From Octopus vulgaris (Eukaryota): DNA of 64,000 bases. The notes beneath the pieces are model-generated. The model made no database searches, had not been told where the DNA came from, and saw nothing but the letters and a program-made list of their open reading frames with translations. A program made the translations under genes and the position numbers. Shown piece after piece: positions 48,775 to 61,925 of this stretch. How positions within the stretch are numbered: position 1 is the first letter of the stretch; each line of letters starts with the position of its first letter. The stretch is taken from positions 131,564,001 to 131,628,000 of the forward strand of contig OX597819.1 in NCBI GenBank assembly GCA_951406725.2, given 5' to 3'.

Positions 48775-49108
48775 TGTGGCTGACACCAGTGCTGATGGTA
48801 TGTAAAAAGCACCAATCGAGCATGGTAGATGCCAATGCTGCCTGACTGGTTCCTGTGCCAGTGGTATGGAAAAGCACCATTCGAGTGTGGTCGATGCTAG
48901 TGCCACCTGACTGGCCCCCATGCTAGTGGCACGTAAAAAGCACCCACTACACTCTCGGAGTGGTCGGCATTAGGAAGGGCATCCAGCTGTAGAAACCTTT
49001 CCATATCAGATTGGAGCCTGGTGCAGCCTCCTGGCTTGCCAGTCCTCAGTCAAACCGTTCACCTCATGCTAGCATGGAAAGCGGACGTTAAACGATGATG
49101 ATGATGAT
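48775..49108 (+). mobile_element. Family C retroposon
   Basis: Internal repeats and ...GGAAAGCGGACGTTAAAC(GAT)n tail. Confidence 0.88.
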
Positions 49109-50194
49109 GTGTTAATGCTGTGGTGTTGTTCTCTTTGATCCAATATATATATATATATATTTTGTGTTTCTAACACATTGTATCCATGAAGAGATTAAGA
49201 CAGTTTGCCGGACAAAGCTTCATAAAATTTATTTGATTTTTGTTCAAAGTCAACTTTGCCTTTCATATTGAGTTGGGGTTCATAAAATAAGTACCAGATA
49301 AGCACTGGGGTTGATATAATTGACACCCCACAAATTTCAGGCCTTGTGCCTATAGTAGAAAGGATATCTATGAAGTGATTTTCTCTCAGACAAAAACCAC
49401 AGCTTCCTACCTTTCAGCAGTGTTTATACATTTAGTATGATATGCAGATAACATTTTCATTTATACATTTTATCGACCAGCTGAAACATCATTTCATTTT
49501 ATAGATATAGTTCACAGAAATTTGTTTCAGATTTATTTTAGAAGGAAAAATTAATTGAATAAAAAATACATTGTAGCAAATTCATAAAAATTTCAACAAA
49601 AGACATTTCATTACCAGGTCTAGTTACCCAAATTCAACTCTATTTTCTTTCTGAGCAATTAATCTCTTGGCAGGTCCTGCTCCTCCTTCTCCTCCTCGTG
49701 TTGCTGCCACCTCCAATACCACCAGCTCTGTTAATATTGCTATCACAATAATCTCTGACATCAATTTTTTTCCTTCTTTTATTAACCTGAAATCTAAAAT
49801 CTATTTGTGGTTCTGATGCAACTGCATTGTTTTCTCTTGACTGAACCGAATAAATCTTTGTTAGTTTTGAGTTTTTCTTTTTCTACAACGAGAATAAGTC
49901 TATGGGGAATAATATTTGTAAATACTTGTATTTACTCCTGCTGGTGCCACATAAGAAGCTCCTGTGCTGGTGTCGTGAGAAAAGCATCCAGTACACTTTG
50001 TAAAGGGATTTGCATTAGGAAGGACATTCTGTCATTGAAACCATACCATAACTTCTCCCTGGATGAACTCTGCAGCCAATAAGCACATAAACAAAGCACA
50101 TTATGAGTGTGTGTATGTGTGTGTGTGTGAGAGATGGGCTGCTTTCTGTTTCTGTCTACTCGTTTCCACTTACAAAGCTTTGGTCAGCCTGGGG

Positions 50195-50290
50195 CAGTGG
50201 TTCTGAACCTGTGGTCTGTGGACCTCTGGTGGTTCATAGACATAGATTGTACTGGGGGTCCATGAACTAAATTCTAAATTTCATATATAC

Positions 50291-50334
<44 letters not shown>

Positions 50335-50665
50335 TAGCTGAGACAACGTGGCATCAAAAATAATGGCTAATTGTAGTATTTTATATATATAAATAAGATA
50401 CAAAAATAAGGTTACATAATAATCACACATACAAACATTCACATACTTCCCTTGTACATGCACACACACATACACACATATACTCACACTGAGTTGAAAC
50501 ACTGATTTTTTTTTTTCACCTCTTCCTTATTCATTTATTGCCCTTTCTTTTCTCTCATTGCTATTACTTTCTCTCACTCCCTTTCAGTCAGGGCTATTAT
50601 TCTCACTACTTCTCCTTCACTGAATTACTATTTTCTCTCCTCCTCCACGTCTGACATGATTCTGG

Positions 50666-50723
<58 letters not shown>

Positions 50724-50928
50724 TCTTTACTCTTTTACTTGTTTCAGTCATTTGACTGCAGCCATGCTGGAGCACCGCCTTTAGTCGAGCAAATCGACCC
50801 CGGGACTTATTCTTTGTAAGCCCAGTACTTATTCTATCGGTCTCTTTTGCCAAACCGCTAAGTGACGGGGACGTAAACACACCAGCATCTGTTGTCAAGC
50901 AATGCTAGGGGGACAAACACACACACAT

Positions 50929-50976
<48 letters not shown>

Positions 50977-51282
50977 GACAGGCTTCTTTCAGTTTCCGTC
51001 TACCAAATCCACTCACAAGTCATTGGTCGGCCTGGGACTATAGCAGAAGACACTTGCCCAAGATGCCACACAGTGGGACTGAACCCGGAACCATGTGGTT
51101 GGTTAGCAAGCTACTTACCACACAGCCACTCCTGTATATATATATACAAACAAATGAAAACACTACATTCATTATTATATTAGGAGATATATATGCATAA
51201 CGATAAGAATATTAAGAGTGTTCTGTGGGAAAACTCATTTAAATAAAGAGGTTCTTGGTAGTGAAAAGGTTGGCAACCACTG
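50195..51282. mobile_element. hAT MITE inserted in a SINE A and containing a younger SINE A (50722-51135)
   Basis: CAGTGGTTCTGAACC...GGTTGGCAACCACTG; TSD GCCTGGGG/GCTTGTGG; SINE halves on both sides. Confidence 0.8.
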
Positions 51283-51682
51283 GCTTGTGGCTTGAATAGA
51301 AGACACTTGCTCAAGGTACCATGCAGTGGGACTGAACCAAGAACCATGCAGTTGTGAAGTAAACTACTTAATCATGTCTGCACCTGTCTTCTAATTTTGT
51401 TGATGGTAAAATATAAGGTTGAATTCTGTTCATTTCTTTTTATCAAAACATTAATTCAAATCAATAAATTTCTGAACTTTTAAAACTCAATGCTTAATTT
51501 TTTTTAATTAACATCCATTATTTGATGACTGCTGATTGAAAGACAGACATTTCAAACTTAAGCTTTGTTTGTTTTTCATTTTACATTCTTATATTGGTTA
51601 TTTCAAAATATTTCTGTCTGCAGAAATCGATATCAATAACTTATATGAGAGGTAATATTAATATTTATATTGTGGAACTTCA

Positions 51683-52052
51683 TTGGTTATGCCGACGAGG
51701 GTTCCAGTTGATCCAATCAATGGAACAGCCTGCTTGTGAAATTAACGTGCAAGTGGCTGAGCACTCCACAGACACGTGTACCCTTAATGTAGTTCTTGGG
51801 GAGATTCAGGGTGACACAGAGTGTGACGAGGCTGGCCCTTTGAAATACAAGTACAACGGAAACAGGAAGAAAGAGTGAGAGAAGGTTGTGGTGAAAAAGT
51901 ACATCAGGGTTCGCCATCACCCCTTGCCAGAGCCTCATGGAGCTTTAGGTGTTTTCACTCAATAAACACTCACAACACCCGGTCTGGGAATTGAAATTGC
52001 GATCCAATGACTGCAAGTCTGCTGTCTTAACCGCTGGGCCATTGTGCCTCCA
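51683..52052 (-). mobile_element. tRNA-derived SINE family D
   Basis: Minus-strand head TGGCCCAGCGGTTAAG...TTTCAATTCCC; 3' half shared with 63225-63535. Confidence 0.8.
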
Positions 52053-53073
52053 CAATATTTATATATGAGGCGGGTGAAAAATAGAATCAAGTCAACTAGA
52101 AATACACAAGAAAACATAAAATATTGTTACAAATAATGAAACTAATCCAGACACAAACTATTGCCTTAAGCATAATTATTTAACTGCAGCTTAAAAATAA
52201 TGTTATCAAAAAGTTTTATTGGGAAAGGTTCTGCAAGTTTTTCAGTGACCTTACTTGTGTTGGTGTCGTGATAGAAGCAGCCAGTACTTTCATACAGAGG
52301 TTGATGTTAGGAAGGGTATGTCAAAAGAGTCATTGAGCTCAATATAATGCCCCTGTTCATTGGATCCTAGTCAAACTGTCCCACCCGTGCCAGCATGGAA
52401 GACAGATGTTGATGATATAAAAGATGACCTTTATAAGACACTTTCTCTTACAAAGTGTAGAGTAACTGTGTTGTGAGACTAATTTCAATATGTCAAATGT
52501 GCTATAAAATAAGCTGATAGCAAAGTTAGATGTTTATCTCAGATACCTTTGATATGATTCTAATAGTAGAAAGCCTGTATCAAGTAGCACGACTTTACAT
52601 TATTTTTATCTATTTTCCCAAAAGCTGGAATATAAGTGCAGGCCTGGCTGTGTGATAAGAAGCTTGCTTCTCAATCACATGGTTCCATGTTCTGTCCTAC
52701 AGCGTAGCACCTTGGGTAAATTGTCTTGTACTATTGCCTTAAGGTGACCAAAGATTTGGTAGATGGAAACTGAAAGAATCCCACTGTATGTGTGTGTCCC
52801 ATTGCTGCTTGACAAATGGAGTTGGTATGTTTACATCTTTGTAACTTAGTGGTTCAGCAAAAGAGGCTGATAGAATAAGTACCTGGCTTTAAAAAATTGT
52901 ACAGGAGTCGATACATTCGACTAAAAATTCTTCCAGACAGTGCCCCAGCATGGCCGTAGTCTGACTGAAACAAATACAAGACAAAAGATCTATAACCTTG
53001 ATTAAATCAACATGTTAACAAAACGTTCTTTCAATCAGCATCCACTGCCTCAATGGATGCTGAAGAGAATTAT

Positions 53074-54187
53074 TCTTTTACTTGTTTCAGTCATTTGACT
53101 GTGGCTATGCTGCAGCACCACCTTTACTCAACCAAATCGACCCCAGGACTTATTCTCTGTAAGCCTCTTTTGCTGAACCGCTAACTTACAGGAACGTAAA
53201 CACAGTGATGTCAGTTGTCAAGCAATGGAACGGGGACACAAACGTAGACACACACACAAATATATGCATACACACACACACACACACACATTTTTCAGGT
53301 TCAGTCCCGTTGCACGGCACCTTGAGCAAGTGTCTTCTACTATAGCCTCGAGCTGACCAAAGCCTTGTGAGTGGATTTGATAGATGGAAACTGAAAGAAG
53401 CCTGTTGTGTGTGTGTATATATATATATATATACAAATTGAGATAGGGGTTGTAAATGCAACCCTCCATGGGATAACATATATCCAATATACTGCCAGTG
53501 AAGTACCCAACAAAGTTAATACATAAATGTTAATGATTGCAATGCAATCAATTCATTTACTGTATTATATGGGCAAAGGTAAAATGTTTTACCACAAATT
53601 ACTAATACAAGAAAATGGAGAAATACATCTAAATCAAATGTCATATACCAGATAATACTCAATCACATACTTTATTAAACCACCACATAAGAGACTGTAG
53701 GGTTAAATATAAAAGCAGAACAAATCAGTGTACATAAAGGAATGTACATAAAAAAGTGTACATAAAAGAGTAATGTTGTATAATACTCTTTTATGTACAC
53801 TTTTTTATGTACATTCCTTTATATACACTGATTTGTTCTGCTTTTTATATTTATCCCTACAGTCTCTTATGTGGTGGTTTAATAAAGTATGTGATTGAGT
53901 ATTATCTGGTATATGACATTTGATTTAGATGTATTTCTCCATTTTCTTATCTTGTATATATATATATATGTGTGTATGTGTGTATATATATATATGTGTG
54001 TATGTATATATATACACACACAATGGGCTTCTTTCAGTTTCCATCTATCAAATCCACTCACAAGGCTTTGGTCAGCCTGAGGCTATAGTAGAAGGTTCAG
54101 TCCCATTGCCCAAGGTGCCGTGCAATGGGACTGAACCTGAAACCATGTGGTTGGGAAGCGAGCTTCTTACCACAGCCACTCCTGCTC
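53074..54187 (-). mobile_element. SINE family A disrupted by a fold-back rearrangement
   Basis: 3' half 53074-53290, 5' half 54010-54187, inverted copy of the 5' half at 53293-53430. Confidence 0.85.
53609..53948. repeat. 340-bp near-perfect palindrome
   Basis: About 164-bp arms with ~3 differences; loop 53773-53783. Confidence 0.95.
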
Positions 54188-55404
54188 TTAAGAATTGTGT
54201 AAAAACACAAAATTAAAGCTCTCTTCATCTTCATTGAATATCTGCTTTCCAGGCTGGCATGGGTGGTTGAATGGTTTGACAAGAACTAGCAAGGCTGGTT
54301 AGCCACACCAGCTGTTTTGGCATAGTTCCTGCCGTTGGAGACCCTTCCTTGTGCCAATCAATTTATAGAGTGTACAGTGTGCGTTTTATGTGGCACCAGC
54401 GCCAGTGATTCTAATAAGATTTGATTATGTTTTAGTTGGATGGCTGTTAGTAATACAAAGTACTATAAAGTTTTTGTTCTCTCTGGTGTTTTCAATGTTG
54501 ATGGAGACAAACGTTTTTGTATTTTTCTAATACTGGAATGAACATTTAATGTGATTTGATGGCTGATGGATGAAAAAGAAAGTATTAAAAGGAACAGAGT
54601 GTTGTTTCAATTTTTATCAGTAGTTTGGGACCACAGATGCTATTTATCTTTATGATGGGGCATTTGCTAGAAAGATATTCAGAAGAGATAAAGTGGAACT
54701 ACATCTTAAATGTGTTGACGTAACTCCACACCCACCCTGTCCTAAAAAAAAAAAAGGAAAGATATATCGATATCTCATAGTCTGTTATATTATCTGATAA
54801 GGTATATTATCTGGTGGAAATGATTCTGTAATTAAGTACGATGGATGTAGCTGAGCAGTACTCGAGAGACGAGAGACGTATATCTTGGGAATATCACTTT
54901 ATGAAATACAACTGATATATTACCAAAACATTTATTGGGGCCTTTCCTGAAAATGATTGCTACATAAAAAAAAAAAAAAAAAAAAAACAGCTCTCCAAGA
55001 GGAGCTGCTTTGGATAGAACCCATTAATTCAGATTTTCCTTTTTCTCTTTAAAGAAAAAGGTATATAGTTTGGCTTTGAAACTGTTCATCATAATTTTCA
55101 TCATCACTGTCATCATTTGTTATTGTTGCCATTTTATCATCATCTTTGTCATTGCCATCATCATAGTTTTTCATCCACTTGTCTTTCTTGGCATGGATGG
55201 GATGGGATGGGTTGTCACATTCCTGATTTCGAGTGACTGTCCCCCTAGACTGGTCAGGGACCACATCTCACTCATGCATACATTCCGTTTTAAAATGTTT
55301 TCTATGGCTGGTTTCCTTTCCTATCACATTGTTTCATAAAATATGCTGGACTTCTTTCTTGCACCAGCAATAGAGAGAAAACGATTACTGTCTGTCTGTG
55401 TTTG

Positions 55405-55464
<60 letters not shown>

Positions 55465-56457
55465 ACTGCGTGTGTGTACATCCATGTGTGTGTCTCTGTG
55501 TGCATTTAAATTATATTTTTGTCTCTTGAAGTCTTGTTAATAACATCAAATCTAAACTGAAATACACTTCAGACAGAAAATGCCAAAGTTTTGTTCATTG
55601 CACTTTAAAGCAAGAATCTTGTATCAGAGAACCAGGGTGGTGGTGGTGGTGGTGATGATGTTTACAGACGAACTGGTATCAAGAGTTAACTCAAAATTTC
55701 ATATTAATCTTGTTTTGCAAATATTTTTCTGTAATTTCCAAGGAGCTCAATGCTCCAAGCAATAAATTAGATAATGTAAAGCAACGCAATGTCAGTTCAA
55801 CTCGGTTTGTTTCATCCAGCTTTCCCCCCGCTTTCCCGCCTTAGTTAATAACTCTGGTATCTATGAAAGAAATAAATTATCTAAGAAGTTGTTGCTGTTG
55901 TTAGTGAAGAGGATACAGATTGTCAGAAGAAATTTATTAAACAAGATGTTCTCATAAAGCCAGCCTGTTGAAAGCATCATATCTAATAATGAGTAAGTCA
56001 TATCTACACAAAAAAAGAATGGGAGAATCCCACCCAGCAGTATGATATAAAGATACAGAGGTCACGAAAAAGTAGGGAGATAAGACCTGAAATGATTTGA
56101 AGTGATAAGTAGTAAAATAAATGAATAATACGATACATTTTCTAAGCAGAACAGAACTTCCTAAAAGAATAATAAAAATTTGTATATCGTTTTAAGTGGC
56201 TGAGAGCTGGAATTTTGGAAGAAAATATATGGAAACACGTCAAAAAAATATTTTATTTTTTTTATTCTTTTACTCGTTTCAGTCATATGACTGCGGTCAT
56301 GCTGGAGCACTGCCTTTAGTTAAACAAATCGACCCGAGGACTTATTCTTTGTTAGCCTAATACTTGTTCTATCAGTTACTTTTGCTGAACCGCTAAGTTA
56401 TGGGGACGTAAACACACCAACATCAGTTGTCAAGCGATGGTGGGGGGGAGAAACACA

Positions 56458-57594
56458 ATAAACTTTCAACTCTGTGCCACACAAAAGGCTTATGGTGAAA
56501 CTCTCTGCAATGGGTGTGGGGGATGACCTTTTTAACTGGTTGAAATCCTTCATCCTCAGCCGAAAGGAGGTAGTCACAGTTCTAGGACAGCACTCTACAC
56601 CATATGAGATGTCATCGGGTGTACCACAGGGATCTGTCCTTGGTCCCCTCTTGTTTGTGGCATACATTAATGACATAGATGCCAATTTAAAGAATGCCAC
56701 AGTATTGAAATATGCAGACGACATCAAGCTGTACCTTGAAATCAAGAGGACAGATCCTGATGTCTACAACTCTTTCCTGCAATCAGACCTAGACACAATG
56801 CAGCAATGGATCACAGACTGGCAACTGAAACTGGCTGTGGACAAGTGTACCACCATGCATTTTGGGAGAAAAAAACCCTGCGTCCACATACTCCCTCCAC
56901 AACACTGATATCAAGAAATCCTCTTGCGAGCGTGACCTAGGCATCACTGTCAGCAGTGATTTGCGTTGGACAAAGCATATCTCTAAAATTGTCAAGAAGG
57001 CCAAGGGTGTCTTGGCATCACTCAGCAAGACTTTTGTTAGTCGCTCTCCAGCCATCTATTTAAAACTGTATACAGCTATGGTACGACCAGACTTGGAATT
57101 CGCATCATCAGTTTGGAACCCCTATCTTGCTCAGAACATTGACCTCCTGGAATCTGTCCAGAGACGTGCAACCAAACGCATATCCTCCATCAGACACCTA
57201 CCATATTCTGAGCGCCTTGTTTCCCTGGGCATGGATTCACTGAACCTCCGGCGTCTGGCGACGGACTTGGTAAACACCCACAAAGTTATCAACCACCTCA
57301 CCAACAACACTGAACACCTTTTTGATCTCCATGTGTCTAACACACGTGGACATGCCTACAAAGTCAGAAAACAACACAGCTCCCATGACTTTTGGAAACA
57401 TTTTTTCACGCTCAGAGTTGCTGAAGCATGGAATAAACTGCCTGCGTCAGTTGTTGACTGCCATGACACTGCATCCTTTAAGGCGCTCATGCTTTCCGAA
57501 ATCCGCCGAAACTACACCTGATTATATATACACTTTAGATGAGTTGTAGTGCACCTGAGCACTGTACACAATTATTATTATTTTATTATTATTT
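56458..57594 (+). mobile_element. 5'-truncated CR1-type LINE inserted in a SINE A (56264-57785)
   Basis: SGVPQGSVLGPLLF, KYADDIKLY, ERDLG, VRPDLEFASSVWNP, QRRATK; one frameshift near 56875; (ATT)n tail; TSD AAACACA at 56451 and 57595. Confidence 0.93.
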
Positions 57595-57995
57595 AAACAC
57601 ATGCACACACACACATATATATACGATAGACTTCTTTCAGTTTTTGTCTACCAAATCCACTCACAAGGCTTTGGGCGGCCTGAGGCTATAGTAGAAGACA
57701 CTTGCCCAAGGCACCACACAGTGGAACTGAACCCAGAACCATGTGGCTGGTAAGCAAGCTTCTTACCATACAGCCACTCCTGCGTCTTTGTTGGGGATAA
57801 CTAAAGAAAACCCATGCCGGCATGGAAGGCGGATATTAAACACGACCAACCACAAAGACGCTGCCCCTGCCAATAACAGCCCAGTTTTGCTATCATGTAA
57901 TACTCTGTGCTTGTCAGAGCTTGCAGGTATGGAAAATATATGGTGACTGCCCTCTGTTATTGGAGGTAAAAAAACCACATCTGATTTGTGGACAC

Positions 57996-58059
57996 TGTGA
58001 AAAGAGACAAAACAAACTGAACAAGGTAACCCTTGTTCAGTTTGTTTTGTATTTTCACA
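57996..58059. repeat. Hairpin: perfect 20-bp stem plus 8-bp extension
   Basis: ACAAAACAAACTGAACAAGG-TAAC-CCTTGTTCAGTTTGTTTTGT flanked by TGTGAAAA/TTTTCACA. Confidence 0.9.
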
Positions 58060-58161
58060 TCAAGGCTTGTTTAGACCCAAAGGTCTCTGAGATGTAAGTC
58101 TACAAAAGTTTTCTGAAAATGTGTGTAGGGGTTAGGGGTTGGAATTCATGTGGGGGTATTA

Positions 58162-58353
58162 TCAGGTCATCCCATAAGTTCTGTCCAAATTTTGAATGAA
58201 GAAGACAAGTCATCAAATGTTATATTTAATTGAAATTTAATAATCAATGAACTTTCCCTGATTATCTATGACTTTCTTCCATCTATTTACAAGCTTTTTA
58301 ATCCCATCAATGTAAAACTCTTTTGGTTTCAAAGTGAAGAACTCTGAAATGTC
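58162..58353 (-). mobile_element. Mariner 3' end fragment
   Basis: Minus translation DISEFFTLKPKEFYIDGIKKLVNRWKKVIDNQGKFIDY*; TIR-like TCAGGTCATCCCATAAG after TA. Confidence 0.85.
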
Positions 58354-59149
58354 ACATAAAAATAGCTAGGATAATTCCACAATAAATGTTAGGATCTATC
58401 GAGATAAATTGTTTTATGTATTTATATAGTGCTGCTATCACATTAAAAGCACCAGTGCTGGTGCCACATAAAAAGTACCCTGTACCCGGTGGTGCCACAG
58501 AAAGTGGTTGACATTAGGAAGGGCATCCAGCTGCAGAAAACAAGTCAAAGTAGACTATGGGACCTAATGCAGCCCCCAGTTTGCCAGCCCCTGTCAAGCC
58601 ATCCAACCCATACCAGCATGGGAAACAGACATTAAATGATGATATTTTCTTTCCAATTGATCACATGACATACTGTTCAATATTTCTGTTACTAGGGACA
58701 GCAACAGCGTTGTTCTTTTATTTTTTGGCAGTAATAGCTGTTTTCACTCTCTCTCTCTCTCCCTAGTACTAGCAGTGGTGGTGTTGGTAATGGCAGCAGC
58801 AATTTTCCTCTCACTCTCCAGCTGCCTCTCCCACTTCTTTATTCCCTTTCCTTTCGCTTCCCCTATGTCACTTCACCCCCACCCCCCTGCTATAATATAT
58901 ACACCTTACATTCACACAACCACTTTTATATATAATAACAACAACAACAACCCTTCCAACCGGTTTTTAAGTTCTATTATTTTATTTTAATTGCTGTCAC
59001 ATTCTCTTTTTTCCTAAACTTCATAGCTGCTATCTTTTTAAAACACAAAAGTGAAACTGCTGTTCTTTTGTTCTCATTCATAAAATTCGATCCTGATTTT
59101 CTGTGTGTGTAAATGTTTGATTAGTTATTGTATTGAGGATTTTAATATT

Positions 59150-59362
59150 TTTACTACTCTAGGCACAAGGATTGAAATTTTGGGGGAGGGGGCCAGTTGA
59201 TTAGATTGACCCCAGTATGCAACTGGGTCTTAATTTATTGATCCCGAAAGGATAAAAGGCAAAGTCGGCCTTGGTGGAATTTGAACTCAGAACATAAAGA
59301 CAAATAAAATACCGCTAAACATTTTGTCCAGTGTGCTAACGTTTCTGCCAGCTTGCTGCCTT
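59150..59362 (-). mobile_element. SINE family B
   Basis: Matches 1798-2012; flanked by repeated TATTGAGGATTTTAATATT (TSD). Confidence 0.88.
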
Positions 59363-60784
59363 ATTGAGGATTTTAATATTGACTTGATGGAATAATAGCT
59401 AAGGATGGCTGATATAGTCACAACAAAATATTGTTTCTTAGGGTGGCTAATCTAATAATTGGAGAATATTCTTTCCTTCCTCCATCACCTTCTGCAACCA
59501 TTCACCATCCACACACAACCTAGATATCACTTGCCAAACTTGCAGTGATTCTATTAACAGAGATCTTGACAGCATCCTCTAGTGGGACCATGACTATCTC
59601 GTCTCTTTCAATAGTAAAAGTAGCTTATTATTATCATCACCAACCCCTGGGCATTACTATCTTGAATCCTAGGACTCACTCATAAGGCTGGTTACCTGCT
59701 TTCCATGACTGAGATCACAACATTCCCCTTGGATAGGATGTGAGTCCATCACAGCTTTATTCGTTTACAGGTAGGTGGACTGAAAACGACATGAACTGAG
59801 GTGTTTTGCTCAACAACACAAAGCCCTGCCTAGTCTGAGAATTGAAATCATCATATTGTGATCATAAGTGCAGCAACCTAACTTACTAGGCCACATATCT
59901 TCACTAAATGAAAAAAAAATGTAACTCTTATTTAGAAAACACTACCCCACATTTCTAAATATGTGTGACACTCAGCTAGGGCCCTCAGAGTCACCCCAAA
60001 TGGTGTGGCTCACTATCACTGAATATCTCGAAAGTACATCCTTAACAATAACTAAGACAACATCACAAGGATTAGATCTTATCTTTAGAACCAGAAAACT
60101 ATCCAGTTCTCAACAGTTGCTGGTATTCTACAAGGCTCAGGAGATCACAGTGCACCCGCCCACCTGGGATGGTGCTGGTGTTACACCCATGGACCACATT
60201 CAATCACTTGGATGATTGACTTTAAATCAGCACAAGTCTAGTAGTATCTCCTCTTTTTGCTTTATTCTGTTGCTACTACAATGGCCGCTTCTCCTTCTAC
60301 TACTCATGCACTGCTGATTCATTCATCTTTCTATTTTTCATCATCCTTGGTACATCTGACCCTTGTCTTTTTTCTTTGCACTAACCACTATACCCAGTCC
60401 TTCCTCCTCAAAGTATCATCCCACTGGAATCTTCTCTCCCTGCTCATATCTTGCCTGCAAGTATTGACCTGCAACAATTTAAATAGAACATCTACAGCCT
60501 CAGTCTTCTCTCCAGTCACTCGAGGGACTGTAAAAGTCATCGGCTCTGCCTCTTCCCTGAGAATATTTCCTGAAGTTGCAAGATGTAGTGACCAATAGAG
60601 GAAAGGGAAACATGATTGGGTGGTGATTACAACTGTCGGACTTATGAGTGATTAAAATTATCCTGCTTGCTGCATAACTGTGTTATCAACTTACTTTACT
60701 ATTTATTTTCCATGCAGATGACAAGTCTAAGTAATTATCCTTAGGCTTTACATTGTTTTATCATAGCAGCGTATGTACATTGTG

Positions 60785-61075
60785 TCATCATCATCATCAT
60801 TGTTTAACGTCCACTTTCCATGCTGGCATGGGTGGAACGGTTGGACTGAGGACTGGCGAACCAGATGGCTGCACCAGGCTCCAATCTGTTCTGGCAAGGT
60901 TTCTACAGCTGGATGCCCTTCCTAATGCCAACCACTCCAAGAGTGTAGTGGGTGCTTTTACGTGCCACTGGCACGAGGGCCAGTCAGGCGGTTCTGGCGA
61001 CGGCTACGCTCAAATGGTGTCTTTTATATGCCACCTGCACATGTTTTTCATGTGCCACCGGCAAAGGTGCCAGCA
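60785..61075 (-). mobile_element. Family C retroposon
   Basis: (CAT)n tail and GGATGCCCTTCCTAATGCCAACCAC motif. Confidence 0.88.
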
Positions 61076-61871
61076 AGGTGCTCCCAATTGATTTATAAGA
61101 CATATGAACAACTATGCTTTATTAAGGAAGTCTAACAATACCTGAATATGTCTAGAGTTTCCAACCCTGTCTGCCAATGATCAGACAAGTTCTTTTGCTC
61201 CACCATATTGCTTGTTTCTAATTAATTTTAATTGAAACCTTGGTGCATCAACTCATTTCACTCTTACTTTTGTTTGGTTGATTTAAGCATTGTTCAAAAA
61301 TGTTTACCTCTTCTCACTATTGATTAATGAAAGCTATTGTGTTTTGCACATTAAGTGTGCCACTACTTAGATAACTACAACCAGCTTCAGCATTTCAAAA
61401 ACTTTTCTACTGTTGTATTGTTTAATCTGTAGAAAATATGGATGCACAGAGACAACATTAAAATTACATATATCAGCTTTCCTCTATTTTCCATCTACCA
61501 CCGAAATTGCCAACAATTTTCTGGTCCACATTGTAATATAATTCTAAAGTTGTCAAACATGTTTTCCCAAACGTTCTGAAAACGGGTTTAAAACTGGATA
61601 GTTGTTCATGAACAGGAAAATAAGTTTTAAGTAACAACATTCATTCAATTAAGATTTGCATAAAATAATGTTGCAGGAAAAGTGTGATACATCTTTTTGT
61701 ATTTGCAAAGTTAATGGCATGCTTCATGTGTCGTGAAACAGTGTTTGTGTTTGTCCATTTTGAGGCCAGGCTGAGTTGAAAATGTTGTAGTATAGGTGGT
61801 TGTAGTATTGGAAAACAGATGGTGGTAAATTAGTTATTCATCCTGCTTAAAGTTATCTAACATTTTAGACT

Positions 61872-61925
<54 letters not shown>

